Virus record (IMG/VR): IMGVR_UViG_3300043449_002710
Span: 62,001-126,000 of that record
Strand: one strand, 5' to 3'
DNA length: 64,000 nucleotides
Made by a program: the position numbers and the translations under genes. Below are positions 1 through 9,872 of the stretch, piece by piece. Under the pieces are notes generated by a model. It was not told the DNA's origin. It ran no database searches and was given only the letters and a program-made list of their open reading frames with translations. Each line of letters starts with the position of its first letter. Positions within the stretch are counted from its first letter, which is position 1.

Positions 1-105
1 TGGGAAAAAATCCGCCGCCAATCCAGCGAATAGACTGAGTTTTTATCCTGAATTTTTTTGTTGATAAATATATTTATATTGATAATATCTTGATAAGGAG
101 TCGCT

Positions 106-366
106 ATGAGAAACAAAGCCTTTATTGAGTACGTTTTAAGCTTTTATGGTCCTGCTGGGATCTATGGGCGCGAGTTGATTTTTGGCGGGGGAGTTTCCGA
201 AGAGGAAGTCGTGGCAGCCCTTAAAGTTCGGAAGAAGAACAAGAAGGTTCCTTTTGACGGGGACTCGTTGGATCGCGAGATTGTGCGCGATATCATGCTT
301 TATCTCCGAGGCAAAAAACACGATCTAGAATATTCCATGAAGCCCTATTTTAGGGGCGCGAAATAA
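106..366 (+). CDS. hypothetical protein
   Basis: 86-aa ORF with AAGGAG RBS just upstream; first of three tightly packed small + strand ORFs. Confidence 0.6.
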   Translation: MRNKAFIEYVLSFYGPAGIYGRELIFGGGVSEEEVVAALKVRKKNKKVPFDGDSLDREIVRDIMLYLRGKKHDLEYSMKPYFRGAK

Positions 367-379
367 TCAGGGAGGAAAG

Positions 380-691
380 ATGAAAAAATCATCGTTAAAA
401 AAAATCATAAGGCTCAAGGCCGACTTCATCGTCCAAGCCGCCAAGATGGAAGGCATCGACCTCCCGCAGTATATGCGCCAGATCGACGAACTAGCCAACA
501 AGGCACAGCAAATGCCTACCCGGGGCTTCAAGCAACGCGAGCGCAGAGACGCTGTTTACGCAGAGATTGATCAGAAGATCAAAAAACTCATTCTCCGCCT
601 CGGTAACGCTGTGCTCGATTCTTATCATTTCTGCGGAGCCAACGAGGCGTTGTTGTCAGATGAACAAGTGAAAGAGCTTTTTGGGAAATGA
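380..691 (+). CDS. hypothetical protein
   Basis: 103-aa ORF, GGGAGG RBS, stop overlaps next start (ATGA). Confidence 0.65.
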   Translation: MKKSSLKKIIRLKADFIVQAAKMEGIDLPQYMRQIDELANKAQQMPTRGFKQRERRDAVYAEIDQKIKKLILRLGNAVLDSYHFCGANEALLSDEQVKELFGK

Positions 692-1047
692 CCATGAAGG
701 TTTTTGTCTACAAGAACTTGAACAGAGATTGCTGGAGTATCCGCTCCGTGGAAAGCGGGCTTGTCGTTTCTTACCGGCATAAAGTTCTTCTGCGCGATTG
801 CGTCTTCAAGGTCGGTGAAGGGGGTAGGCAAAGAGTCGTCAAACTCAAATCCAAGTTCGTTCATGCGGGGGTCCAAGGTTTTGTCACCACCTCGCAGGTT
901 GAAGAAAAAAATTGGGTTCGGATCAATTACAATCCCTATAAGGGTCCTGACTTTTATGAAGTTGAAACTGGCAAACCGATTGTCTCAGCCAAGTTTGTTC
1001 AGTTCCGAGAAGATGGCGTTTATGCCATCGGTTTAGAGTGGAGGTAA
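688..1047 (+). CDS. conserved phage hypothetical protein
   Basis: KVFVYKNLN..CWSIR...GRQRV..K.K.VHAGV.G pattern recognised from small phage proteins of unknown function. Confidence 0.7.
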   Translation: MTMKVFVYKNLNRDCWSIRSVESGLVVSYRHKVLLRDCVFKVGEGGRQRVVKLKSKFVHAGVQGFVTTSQVEEKNWVRINYNPYKGPDFYEVETGKPIVSAKFVQFREDGVYAIGLEWR

Positions 1048-1110
1048 AATGTTTATTTTGCTGTTTTTCATACTTTTTTACGGAGCCCTTTTTGGAGTAG
1101 CCGTATTTCT

Positions 1111-1404
1111 TTGGGAAATTCATCCCATCCTCGGAATCATGTTCGCGATTTGGTTTTATCACGATTTGCAGAAGGGAAAGAAAAAATGAAATACTATTGG
1201 GCTGTCGGATTGAACTTTGATTACGATATTCTGCTGCTCGAAGCAGGGGATGAACCCTCGTCTCAAGCGCACGCTTCGATCAAAGGCCCTTTTAAAAATC
1301 TCTCTGACGCAAAAAAACAAGTGAGGGAATGGATCTCTAGTGACCGAAGCCATCTTCAAGACCAGCTTGAAAACATTAACAGCCTAAAAAAAGATTCATT
1401 TTAA
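1111..1404 (+). CDS. hypothetical protein (likely start ATG 1186)
   Basis: ORF track; ATG at 1186 follows a purine-rich tract. Confidence 0.5.
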   Translation: MGNSSHPRNHVRDLVLSRFAEGKEKMKYYWAVGLNFDYDILLLEAGDEPSSQAHASIKGPFKNLSDAKKQVREWISSDRSHLQDQLENINSLKKDSF

Positions 1405-1749
1405 AGCTTCAAACTCTTCTTTAGGCAATCTAAAAAGCCTCAACAGGCTTTGAACCTTGATTGTGTACTTTCCAAAATCCGGGTGCGGCAGGTCGATCCA
1501 ATAAAAGACCAGAAGCTCTTGGGTCAGAGTCCTCAAATGCAATAATGCGCTTGGGTCGCACTCTGGGATTTTTGGAAATTGCGTGGGATACATCTCTTGG
1601 ATCTGAAGCGTGAGATCCAAAATATCGTAGCATTCGACAAATTTTTTGACTGGTTCTACTTTGTAACAAGACCGAATCAGGCCCATCGTATCTTGTTTTA
1701 AGTCCTTCAATATCGTCTTCTCATCCATGAGTTTGACAATCTGAGCCAT
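1396..1749 (-). CDS. hypothetical protein
   Basis: 117-aa ORF with AGGAG upstream on the minus strand; converges with the preceding gene. Confidence 0.55.
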   Translation of the reverse strand: MAQIVKLMDEKTILKDLKQDTMGLIRSCYKVEPVKKFVECYDILDLTLQIQEMYPTQFPKIPECDPSALLHLRTLTQELLVFYWIDLPHPDFGKYTIKVQSLLRLFRLPKEEFEALK

Positions 1750-1828
1750 ATCTTCAATTTTTACTCCTACCTATTTTTAACAATAATCTGAAAACGGTAA
1801 AATCAAAGATAGACTCTTATTATCTAGG

Positions 1829-3925
1829 TTGAGGTGTGTACTTGTGCCGACCATCCATTTTAAAGATTGTTCCATTCAAGGGGATCTCGCGCAGGCGGTC
1901 TTGGACTTGGAACAACAAATTGGAGATATTGCCAAAGAACTGATCGAGCAGATTCAGTCTATCCCAGTGGACACGAGTTTGATCCCGTCTGGTCATGACA
2001 TTTTAGATCAAGAGATTTTGAAATCTCCCAATCCCCTCACGCAAGATCAGGTTTCTAACAATACAGGAATACCCAAGTCTGAACCCACGATCACAGACGA
2101 TGAGGATCGGCTCGCTGAACTAGGCCTCATTCTTTGCAAAGGGGTTTTGTATCTCGCTGACAAATCGAGCAATATTGAGAACTATCGAAGGCTTTACTTT
2201 TCGGTGGGCTCCAATATGGACACCTTTTTTTCAATCCTCAACTCGGGGAATCCTTTTGTCGTCGTTCAAACAAGGCTTCATGTGAAATCCTTGACCTATA
2301 AACCTGGGGGTTGGAACCTGACTGAGGTCAGAAAGATTTTTAATAATCCGGCCATCGAAAATATTTACTCGGCTGGGGATGAAAAGACCTACGCCGTAGT
2401 GCCAGAGTTTTTGTCTTATAACGAATCTGTCGATGCCATATCCCGAAAGACGAGTATCCCAGAAAATCAAATTTTGTCTCAGGTCTTCTGGTTAGGTCAA
2501 GTGGATCAGAACTCCCAGACGGTTGCAGAGCTGATTCGCTTAGGAATCACCGGCAATGAACTTACTGCGACTCTTTTTGGCGAAAGACTTTTAGAGACCA
2601 TCCCTAGTGCCGCAGACTCAGTTCGAGGGGCTGCAGCAATCTCTACAGGTAAAGCCATCGCTCAGCTCCAGCTTTTGAATCAAAGGTTTGCCAAACTCGA
2701 TTCTTTCTCCAAAGAGAGCCTGAAGTCAGATGCAAAGGTTTCCATCAGCGAAGCTAACTATGATTGGTTTTTAAATGCCAAGATCGCCCGCTTCTGGCCC
2801 ACAGTCTTGTCTCGAACTCAAGACATCACCGATTTCCTTTCTAGGAACACAAAAAGCGATCTAGATTACTTGTTCACCGAGAAAAGAAAAGTTTTAGGCA
2901 TCGATTTTCAAGCCACCAACAAAGAGATCCTGGATCGATTAAAGCAAGTGAGAAACATCTCCTCTGGAAGCAGCACGGTGAGTTCTCTTCTTGTGAATGA
3001 CCTCACTTTGCTTGTCGATCCAACCATAGACGTTTCCAACCAAAAGCTCATTCAAAATTTCTGCGCTGTTGGTCAGCTTCAAAGCAAGCTTCCTGTCAAA
3101 GTGGATCAAGTTCAAACCGCTTTAGCCTGTTTGAAACAGTCCTTAGTTTATCCTCATCAGCCTGAGACACCTTCTCCAACCCCTCTTGCCGGGTATGCAA
3201 GCTACGATTCTCCAGCTTCAATTATTAACCGCCGAATGGATTTTGGGGTCACTTTCAATGTCGATAAAATCCTAGAGCAGTTAACCAAAGTGGCCAATGA
3301 TCTTTCTCATCCTATCAAAATCACGGTAAACGCAATCGTATCGGTGATGAGAACTTTGAAACAGTCCATTGATAATGTTTATAATATTTTTTTGCCTCAA
3401 GTGGAAAAGCTACTGGCTCAGATCGAGGGCTTTCTTTCTAGGTTCATGGCTTTTCATGGGACGACAAGCTTAGACTCCTCTGTTCTCAAGTGCTCTCTGG
3501 GATTAGATATCCAGGTCACTCTTCCCATCTTGGATCAACTTGAGACTTTTTTGACTCTTTTAAAAGTGGCCATCGGATCGGCTTTAGCTAAAATCAATCA
3601 AGCGGTTTCTAATCTGTTGAAAAAGCTTCTTTGTATGCCGATTAATTTTCTGAATTCCTACATCACTGGAGTTTCTAGTTCTTTACCCGCTTTTTGCCAA
3701 ACCAGTAAAATCACTTTACCCTCAGAGATAGAAGTCCTTTTGATTGAGCTAAGGGATATTTTTCAGGCTCAACAACTCAATACGGTCGCTTTTAATCGGG
3801 ATCTAGTAAAAATGGGTGCAACAGTACAGGCGTTGCCTTTGAAGCTTGATCAGTTTAGAACAAGCTTATTGTGTGACTCGCCTGCCGCTAGCAACTTTTT
3901 TAAGGCTAGTAAATTTATTCTTTGA
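1829..3925 (+). CDS. large hypothetical protein, probably virion/baseplate-associated; helical C-terminal third
   Basis: 698-aa ORF heading the baseplate operon; overlaps next gene by 4 nt. Confidence 0.6.
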   Translation: MRCVLVPTIHFKDCSIQGDLAQAVLDLEQQIGDIAKELIEQIQSIPVDTSLIPSGHDILDQEILKSPNPLTQDQVSNNTGIPKSEPTITDDEDRLAELGLILCKGVLYLADKSSNIENYRRLYFSVGSNMDTFFSILNSGNPFVVVQTRLHVKSLTYKPGGWNLTEVRKIFNNPAIENIYSAGDEKTYAVVPEFLSYNESVDAISRKTSIPENQILSQVFWLGQVDQNSQTVAELIRLGITGNELTATLFGERLLETIPSAADSVRGAAAISTGKAIAQLQLLNQRFAKLDSFSKESLKSDAKVSISEANYDWFLNAKIARFWPTVLSRTQDITDFLSRNTKSDLDYLFTEKRKVLGIDFQATNKEILDRLKQVRNISSGSSTVSSLLVNDLTLLVDPTIDVSNQKLIQNFCAVGQLQSKLPVKVDQVQTALACLKQSLVYPHQPETPSPTPLAGYASYDSPASIINRRMDFGVTFNVDKILEQLTKVANDLSHPIKITVNAIVSVMRTLKQSIDNVYNIFLPQVEKLLAQIEGFLSRFMAFHGTTSLDSSVLKCSLGLDIQVTLPILDQLETFLTLLKVAIGSALAKINQAVSNLLKKLLCMPINFLNSYITGVSSSLPAFCQTSKITLPSEIEVLLIELRDIFQAQQLNTVAFNRDLVKMGATVQALPLKLDQFRTSLLCDSPAASNFFKASKFIL

Positions 3926-4491
3926 GCGTGGCTATGGCTATAGATGTTGTTCTCACCCCAGAAGATCAAGCAAAAGTCGAAGCGAATCAAAAGTCGGATG
4001 ACAAGCTACCGTCTTATTATAACGCTGACATCAAACAAGACGCCCAGATCTCTCGTGACTTTGAAGCCTTTTTAATTTTATCCCCGACCGCATTGAAAAC
4101 GTCCGCGCTTTCTTGGATTCAAAAAGCAAAGGCTTTGAACCGAGCCAACCAATTACGGGATGAGTTGACTCAACTTTCAATCAATCAGGAATTAAAAAAC
4201 GCGCAGGCAAAGATAGCGGCTTACGACCTTCAGCTTCAGTATTTTAGCGACTTCAGAAAAAACTTCCAGTCGCAGACCGCTTTCGCTGGGGTAGCCGAAG
4301 TCCAAAAATTCCTATCCGATCTGCAGCGCGTAATTGGGGAATTGGTTGTGGCTCGGGAGCGAGCTTATTTCGATCAGACTGTGTGCAAGGTGTTCTTAGA
4401 CTTCGATGCGCAAGCTGCGATCACCGATGACCAAGTGCAAGAACTCCAATCCTGGTCAGCGGTTATTTCCGAATACCTAGGCGTAGGTTAG
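3922..4491 (+). CDS. hypothetical coiled-coil protein
   Basis: 189-aa helical ORF coupled to the upstream gene. Confidence 0.65.
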   Translation: MSVAMAIDVVLTPEDQAKVEANQKSDDKLPSYYNADIKQDAQISRDFEAFLILSPTALKTSALSWIQKAKALNRANQLRDELTQLSINQELKNAQAKIAAYDLQLQYFSDFRKNFQSQTAFAGVAEVQKFLSDLQRVIGELVVARERAYFDQTVCKVFLDFDAQAAITDDQVQELQSWSAVISEYLGVG

Positions 4492-4501
4492 TTTTAAGGG
4501 T

Positions 4502-4939
4502 ATGAGCGTTACACTGAAAGTCTCTGATGGCCATATTGTCATCAGCGCAACCACAGGGGTTTTGGAAACAGTCTCAGGCAATAGCAAAGCGTCACAAGAT
4601 CTGGCCGAGTGCTTACTTCAAGAATATTCATCCTCGCAGAATTATGGCTCTTATCTGAAGGCGATTATTACTAACCCCAACCCGCTTGAGGGGGCATCCG
4701 AGCTTTTGGTGCGGCACTATGTGGCAGAAGCCGTTAAGCTTCTCGATGCAGCGCAACTGTCCGATCCGGCCATTACTTCCGATGAAAAGCTCACCCAGAT
4801 CACTCGCCTTGAAACCGCCTCCGATGACAGCGGGACAGTGGGGTTTTTCGTCCAAGTGGCTACCGAAGACGGCGGTGCATCGGTTCAAGCATCTGCGGTC
4901 CAAGCGACATCGCTCAATCATCTTACCGAGGGGTTTTGA
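4502..4939 (+). CDS. baseplate wedge protein, gp25/W-like
   Basis: 145 aa; position directly before baseplate J; G.L..V.G..K..QDL..CL pattern typical of gp25/W. Confidence 0.6.
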   Translation: MSVTLKVSDGHIVISATTGVLETVSGNSKASQDLAECLLQEYSSSQNYGSYLKAIITNPNPLEGASELLVRHYVAEAVKLLDAAQLSDPAITSDEKLTQITRLETASDDSGTVGFFVQVATEDGGASVQASAVQATSLNHLTEGF

Positions 4940-4942
4940 TCT

Positions 4943-6355
4943 ATGGCTGCTCGAACTCAACCTGAAATCCTCCAAAGTTTCCAAGACTCCGTGACGTTGA
5001 CCGACCCGACTGCTGACACCCAGAAAGGCCCGCTTTACTCGCTCGTGGGTTTACCCCTCTCGCAAGTCTTGGCCCCCGTCGAGGAAGCCGTAGACACGTT
5101 AGAGCAGACTTATTCGGCGGCCTTCGTAAAGACAGCCACCGACGATCAGGCTCAAGCCTTTTTGACCAACTGGGGGGAAAGCGCCGGAACTGGAAACCCA
5201 TCCACTGTTTTAGTTTACTTTCTCAAGTTCTCTCGACCCTTGGTATCTGAGGTCATTGATATTCCAGTGGGCACTTTGATCGGAAACGCCGACAAAACGC
5301 TGCAATACATTACGGTCGAAGCAGGTCAGATCCGTGGCGATCAAGCGGACAGCTATTATAATGCGGTGCGTAGATCTTACGAGGTTGCTTTGCTTTGTCA
5401 GGCGGTGGCCAACGGCCCACAGTATGACCTTCCGATTGGGTTGATCAATACAAAGGTTTCCCAGATCGCGGGAATTGACGCGATTGAGAACCGAGAACGA
5501 GCCAGCGGCGGTATCGCAGCCGAAAGCATTTCTAGTCAGATTGATCGCGTGCAAAACAAGTTCTTAGGGACCGCTATCAATACGGCTTCTGGGAATGAAT
5601 CTCGGATTCGAAACTACAACCCTGCTCTTGTGCTCGACGTGAAAGCCGTCTTGTCTTCGGATAAGATTCTTTTCAAACGAGTCTCATACACCCCGGCTGT
5701 AGATTATTACATCTTAGGGACACAGCCTGTGACCGTTAACGAAAGCTATACGAGCTTGATGGGTGGCGAAACCGAAATCACTTTGAAAAATGTCCCTAGC
5801 ATTTCTATCAATAGTGTGAAGATCAACAACGTTCCGATCACGAACTTCACCTTGATCTCGGATACTTCTCCTGAATACGGTGGGTCTTCCAAGGCTCAAG
5901 ATAAAGTTTTGATCCTCCCTGCCTTGATGGCGGGCGATGTGGTGGTGATCAACAACACTTATGATTCTTTATTTTCCAAAATTCAAAATGAAATCTTCTC
6001 GGCTGAAACCAAGCTCTATGCCACAGATGAGCTAGCAAGGGCTTTCAAAGAAATTCCGCTCAATATCGAGATTCAAGGAAAAGCGCTCCCAAGCTACGAC
6101 CCAACGGTGGTCGCCAATTCTGTTAAAGAGCAGCTTCAAACCCTCCTTGAGCCTGGGTATTGGCAAGAAATGTTTCAGCCCAATGATGTCTTGCAGGCTT
6201 TGAAAACGGCGGTCCCAGGTCTTTCGTCTCCGGTATTCTTGAAATTTCAGAGATCGACACTGGCCACCTCCAACATTGAAACCGTGGTGTTAAACGACAA
6301 CGAAATCGCGACTTATAGCTCCACTCATGTCGTGGTCACTATCAAGAATCTTTAA
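4943..6355 (+). CDS. baseplate J-like wedge protein
   Basis: IPVGTLI...LQYITVE, V.CQAVANGPQY, I.G...IENRE.ASGG...ES...Q..R baseplate-J motifs. Confidence 0.85.
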   Translation: MAARTQPEILQSFQDSVTLTDPTADTQKGPLYSLVGLPLSQVLAPVEEAVDTLEQTYSAAFVKTATDDQAQAFLTNWGESAGTGNPSTVLVYFLKFSRPLVSEVIDIPVGTLIGNADKTLQYITVEAGQIRGDQADSYYNAVRRSYEVALLCQAVANGPQYDLPIGLINTKVSQIAGIDAIENRERASGGIAAESISSQIDRVQNKFLGTAINTASGNESRIRNYNPALVLDVKAVLSSDKILFKRVSYTPAVDYYILGTQPVTVNESYTSLMGGETEITLKNVPSISINSVKINNVPITNFTLISDTSPEYGGSSKAQDKVLILPALMAGDVVVINNTYDSLFSKIQNEIFSAETKLYATDELARAFKEIPLNIEIQGKALPSYDPTVVANSVKEQLQTLLEPGYWQEMFQPNDVLQALKTAVPGLSSPVFLKFQRSTLATSNIETVVLNDNEIATYSSTHVVVTIKNL

Positions 6356-6363
6356 AGGGCAAC

Positions 6364-8187
6364 ATGCTGGACCCAATCAGGCCATTTCAAATCAAAACGC
6401 CTCTTCGTGGATATGACGACCTGTTTGACCAGTTGACAGGATCAATCCCTGCGGGTGATTTTTACGACACCAACTTAGGCTATCCTATTGTCGCTTGGTC
6501 GGTGAAACCCGTAGGTTTCTTTCTCGAAACCAATATTCCAGGGATTCCCATTCAAGTCGAGACGATGCGGATCGGCGATTACCACCCTGGGGTGGACGAA
6601 GGGAATCTCGTCAAATCCGTTTATTTCGTGCCCGAACTCGACCGCACTTTTTTCCAAGTGAGCTTGGGTCTTGGGCTTAACCGGATTATCGCAACTGAAT
6701 TGGTTCCCAATGGTCGGGTGGCCATCTTAGACGTGATGGCAACACCGAACGCCGTCTTGTTTGAACCTTTCGGCAGGGAAATTTTCAAGCCAGTTAATAT
6801 TTACAACCAGCAAAAAAACGCGATTTATTCCGCGTATGCCACAAGGCTTTCAGATCAGGTCATTAAATTCAGGGATCTACTTTCTGAAATTCAGTCTTTG
6901 AAGATCCTTTCAACAAAAATGTTGATCCGATCCAATGTCCATTTCCCGGGCAGGCAGATCGGGTTGAAGGATTTTATCCAGTCTTTTTCTTTTAATACCC
7001 CTGAATTTGTCTCGATGCGTGCGTCTTCTACCTACGACATTGAAGAGTCTCGCATCCAAAGAGTCCAGCAAAACTCAGCCGGTATGGAAGCTCATATTTG
7101 GTTTCCCAATCGAGCCGTCACTCGCTGGCTTGCTTTCACTCGGATGGCCGACTCCTTCAGAAATCATTACAAGTTCAAAAACATTCGTGACGATAAAGTG
7201 GAACTTGTTTACAAAGGAAAGCATCAGACTCATTTATTTGATTATGACTCGGCTGGCGCTAACTTTCTGACCAATCTGTCGATCACCGATTGCTTTGAGA
7301 ACATCGATATGTTCATGAGTTCTCAAATCAATTCGCGCTATTTCTTTTTCATGTGGACTTATACTTTTGATCTGTTCATTTCCGATCCAAGTCCATTGGC
7401 AGATCCTGTTTTAGACCCTTGGGGAGATGGTTGGGTAGGCTATAGTTTAACAGGCCGTTTCGATACCGACACGATTGGTGGACTCGATTCTTCGGTTCAG
7501 CCCGCTCTTTTTGCGCCTCGCAATTTCACGGTTTCAATCGGATCTCCCGCTTTGTTCACTCTCACCTCCCATGGATTTGTGGGGGGAGAAAGAATTCAGC
7601 TTCTCACCACAGGATCTTTACCCACGGGTCTGACCACGCAGCAAGATTACTTTGTTCTTTACGTCGATTCGAATACTTTTTCCGTGGCCACCACCCCGGG
7701 CGGGACAGCACTCAACACGACAGGAACTCAATCTGGAACGCATTCGATTGCCATGAATCTTTATGGCAGCGGTGATACCCCAGGACTAGCCGTTTATTAT
7801 AAAGGCCCTTACACTCAGTGCTTCAATACCATGAGTACCGATGTGGATTTCACTTGCCCAATCGGAGCCTCGGGGACTTTGGAAAATTATGTCGCAGGTT
7901 CTATCAATCACTTGGCAATCGATTTCCCTCTGAACTTGACCGACCTTTCCGTGGGAGATTCCTATTCGGTTGTGGTCAAATTCGCCGACTCTAATAATCA
8001 AACAGTTTCATCTGGAACTGGTATGATTCAAATCGAGGAAAGTAACGGTGGGACAATTCAAAACGTGACTGTTCTTTCAAACGGCTACGTCTTGGCGACG
8101 ATTACCCCTACTCAGACAGGATCGATTTACTGGAGTCTTTCTTCGGGATCTCTCACCGGGCAAAGCTTAGTTTTCAACGTGACTTAA
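6364..8187 (+). CDS. baseplate wedge protein (gpI/gp7-like position) with adhesin-type beta module and Ig-like C-terminus
   Basis: Follows J in W-J-I order; contains an FT..SHGF..GERIQL.TTGSLPTGL....DYFV...D.NTFSVATT module common in phage structural proteins. Confidence 0.55.
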   Translation: MLDPIRPFQIKTPLRGYDDLFDQLTGSIPAGDFYDTNLGYPIVAWSVKPVGFFLETNIPGIPIQVETMRIGDYHPGVDEGNLVKSVYFVPELDRTFFQVSLGLGLNRIIATELVPNGRVAILDVMATPNAVLFEPFGREIFKPVNIYNQQKNAIYSAYATRLSDQVIKFRDLLSEIQSLKILSTKMLIRSNVHFPGRQIGLKDFIQSFSFNTPEFVSMRASSTYDIEESRIQRVQQNSAGMEAHIWFPNRAVTRWLAFTRMADSFRNHYKFKNIRDDKVELVYKGKHQTHLFDYDSAGANFLTNLSITDCFENIDMFMSSQINSRYFFFMWTYTFDLFISDPSPLADPVLDPWGDGWVGYSLTGRFDTDTIGGLDSSVQPALFAPRNFTVSIGSPALFTLTSHGFVGGERIQLLTTGSLPTGLTTQQDYFVLYVDSNTFSVATTPGGTALNTTGTQSGTHSIAMNLYGSGDTPGLAVYYKGPYTQCFNTMSTDVDFTCPIGASGTLENYVAGSINHLAIDFPLNLTDLSVGDSYSVVVKFADSNNQTVSSGTGMIQIEESNGGTIQNVTVLSNGYVLATITPTQTGSIYWSLSSGSLTGQSLVFNVT

Positions 8188-8364
8188 ATCTTTTTTCAAT
8201 CGATCGATTTTTTCTTTCGATAGGTGATGTCTATTGGCGAAGCAAGAAACGCAGGCATACTCGTCGTAGACTTCGCCTTTTCTAATACCATGAGCGGCGT
8301 AGTGAACGGGCTGTTTTCTACAAAACTGACACACTTCTGGGATGCTTATCGTTGGTTTTGGCAC
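8167..8364 (-). CDS. small CxxC...CxxC (Zn-ribbon-like) protein
   Basis: CQFC...CVSC in a 65-aa ORF. Confidence 0.5.
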   Translation of the reverse strand: MPKPTISIPEVCQFCRKQPVHYAAHGIRKGEVYDEYACVSCFANRHHLSKEKIDRLKKDLSHVEN

Positions 8365-8543
8365 GGCGCGTTTCTAACATCAAAGAATTAGTATTCAAAA
8401 TACAATTCCCATAAAAAATACAAAACTAAACTAGACAGTAAAAGGAACATACAGTCTTGTTTGTCCAAGCCTAAGAGCAACATTAACTGAGAATAACCTG
8501 TCTTTGTTCTTAGGTTATTTTAAGAATCAGGGAGATCCTACCG

Positions 8544-9392
8544 ATGGTCAAATTTTATACTCTCCACAATGCGGCTGGTTTAATTCGTTCTAACAAGTTT
8601 CACGACAAGGCAGACGCCGTCTGTGTGGGCTCTTTTAGAGCAGAGTATTTGAACTTTCCGATCAAAATCTATGAGCATAAAGACGATGAAAAAACCTGTG
8701 TCTTGGTCTGTAACCCAGATGGCTCGGTAGAAAAACCCAAAGCTTGGGGAACGGAGATTCATGACCTAGGCAATGCGACCTCGGGCGTTTCAAATCGAGA
8801 AGCCGCGCACATTCTTCTTTCGGCCTTTGATGAACAGCCGATCACTACTTTCAATTTGAAAGCTCAGATCACTGAAGCTCAAGTCTCCGAATTGGAAAAA
8901 GCCACTGGGTGTGACATTGGCATGACCGCATCGGATTCTTTCAACGCTTATACACAAGAACCCAAGACCATCCATGCGATCGAAACTCAGCTTGTGGAAT
9001 GGGGTTTGGAGCTTTATCGTGTGTCTGAAGCTACTGTGAAAAAGAACAAAGCACACGCTGCGATGGAAGCTTCCGAGATTGAGCCTGCGCTTGAAAAAGA
9101 ATTTGCTCAAGCTTCAACCGAAGTGACGGCAGCCCGCAAAGGACATATCGAAGCGAGAGCCTCCCGGTTACCCGAACTTCGTGTTCGCGCCACGATGAAA
9201 TTTGGCGGTGGTCTGAAGTTCACCGCTCATTGTGAAAAAATTCCAGCAGAAGGAAAGAAAGCCCCAGCGATTGCAGTTTACGTCGATGGGTCAAAAGTTG
9301 GAGAAGTCAAAGATGAGCGCGGAGCTGCTCGTTTGATTTCTGAACACGCTGAAAAAGCATTCGGCAAGTTCTTGAAGAAAGAATTAGCCTAA
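8544..9392 (+). CDS. hypothetical protein
   Basis: 282-aa ORF, GGGAG RBS, TTATTTTAA motif upstream. Confidence 0.7.
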   Translation: MVKFYTLHNAAGLIRSNKFHDKADAVCVGSFRAEYLNFPIKIYEHKDDEKTCVLVCNPDGSVEKPKAWGTEIHDLGNATSGVSNREAAHILLSAFDEQPITTFNLKAQITEAQVSELEKATGCDIGMTASDSFNAYTQEPKTIHAIETQLVEWGLELYRVSEATVKKNKAHAAMEASEIEPALEKEFAQASTEVTAARKGHIEARASRLPELRVRATMKFGGGLKFTAHCEKIPAEGKKAPAIAVYVDGSKVGEVKDERGAARLISEHAEKAFGKFLKKELA

Positions 9393-9411
9393 ATTTAGTT
9401 AAAAGGTCTGT

Positions 9412-9861
9412 ATGGCAATCTCAGTTATCGCGGCATTGACGGAACTTGGAAGGCACCATATCGCGGATATGACGATTAGCGGTCGGGGCTTTCAAATCAC
9501 AAAATTCGTGGTGGGCTCAGGTGGGCATGACTCGGGAGATCCCACGGTTCCGCTCACGCCTAGCCCTACGGTGATTGCCTTACCCGATCAGACCTTTGGA
9601 CCCAAACTCTTGGTTGTTCCTGCTGCGCCCTATACGGGAACTTTGGTGACTCCGTTTTGCCCTCAGTTCACGGCCTTGCTCGATTACACTGAAGCCAACG
9701 GGTCGATCTCCAACTACGGGTTGATTGCTCAGGTTGTGTATTCTCCAATCCCAGGCGATCCCCTTTTAGGAACAGAGTTTTTGTTTGCGCATGGAAACAC
9801 CCCTCTGAAGGAAAAAACGGATTCTGATCAGTTTCAGATCACCATCACGCTGCAGACTTAA
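9412..9861 (+). CDS. tail-collar/fibre attachment-like protein (DUF3751-like)
   Basis: LTELGR..IA...I.G..FQITKFVVGSGG N-terminus; paralogue of 17407..17877. Confidence 0.55.
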   Translation: MAISVIAALTELGRHHIADMTISGRGFQITKFVVGSGGHDSGDPTVPLTPSPTVIALPDQTFGPKLLVVPAAPYTGTLVTPFCPQFTALLDYTEANGSISNYGLIAQVVYSPIPGDPLLGTEFLFAHGNTPLKEKTDSDQFQITITLQT

Positions 9862-9872
9862 AAGGAATCACA

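Noticed and set aside
61-96. Three TTGATAA repeats upstream of the first ORF as a Fur-like operator
   Set aside because: Very AT-rich context, irregular spacing and no palindromic Fur box; could be chance or a simple promoter
7520-7750. Ubiquitin-E1-related function for the HGF..G...LPTGL module
   Set aside because: Such beta modules are common in phage structural proteins; no E1 adenylation domain is present
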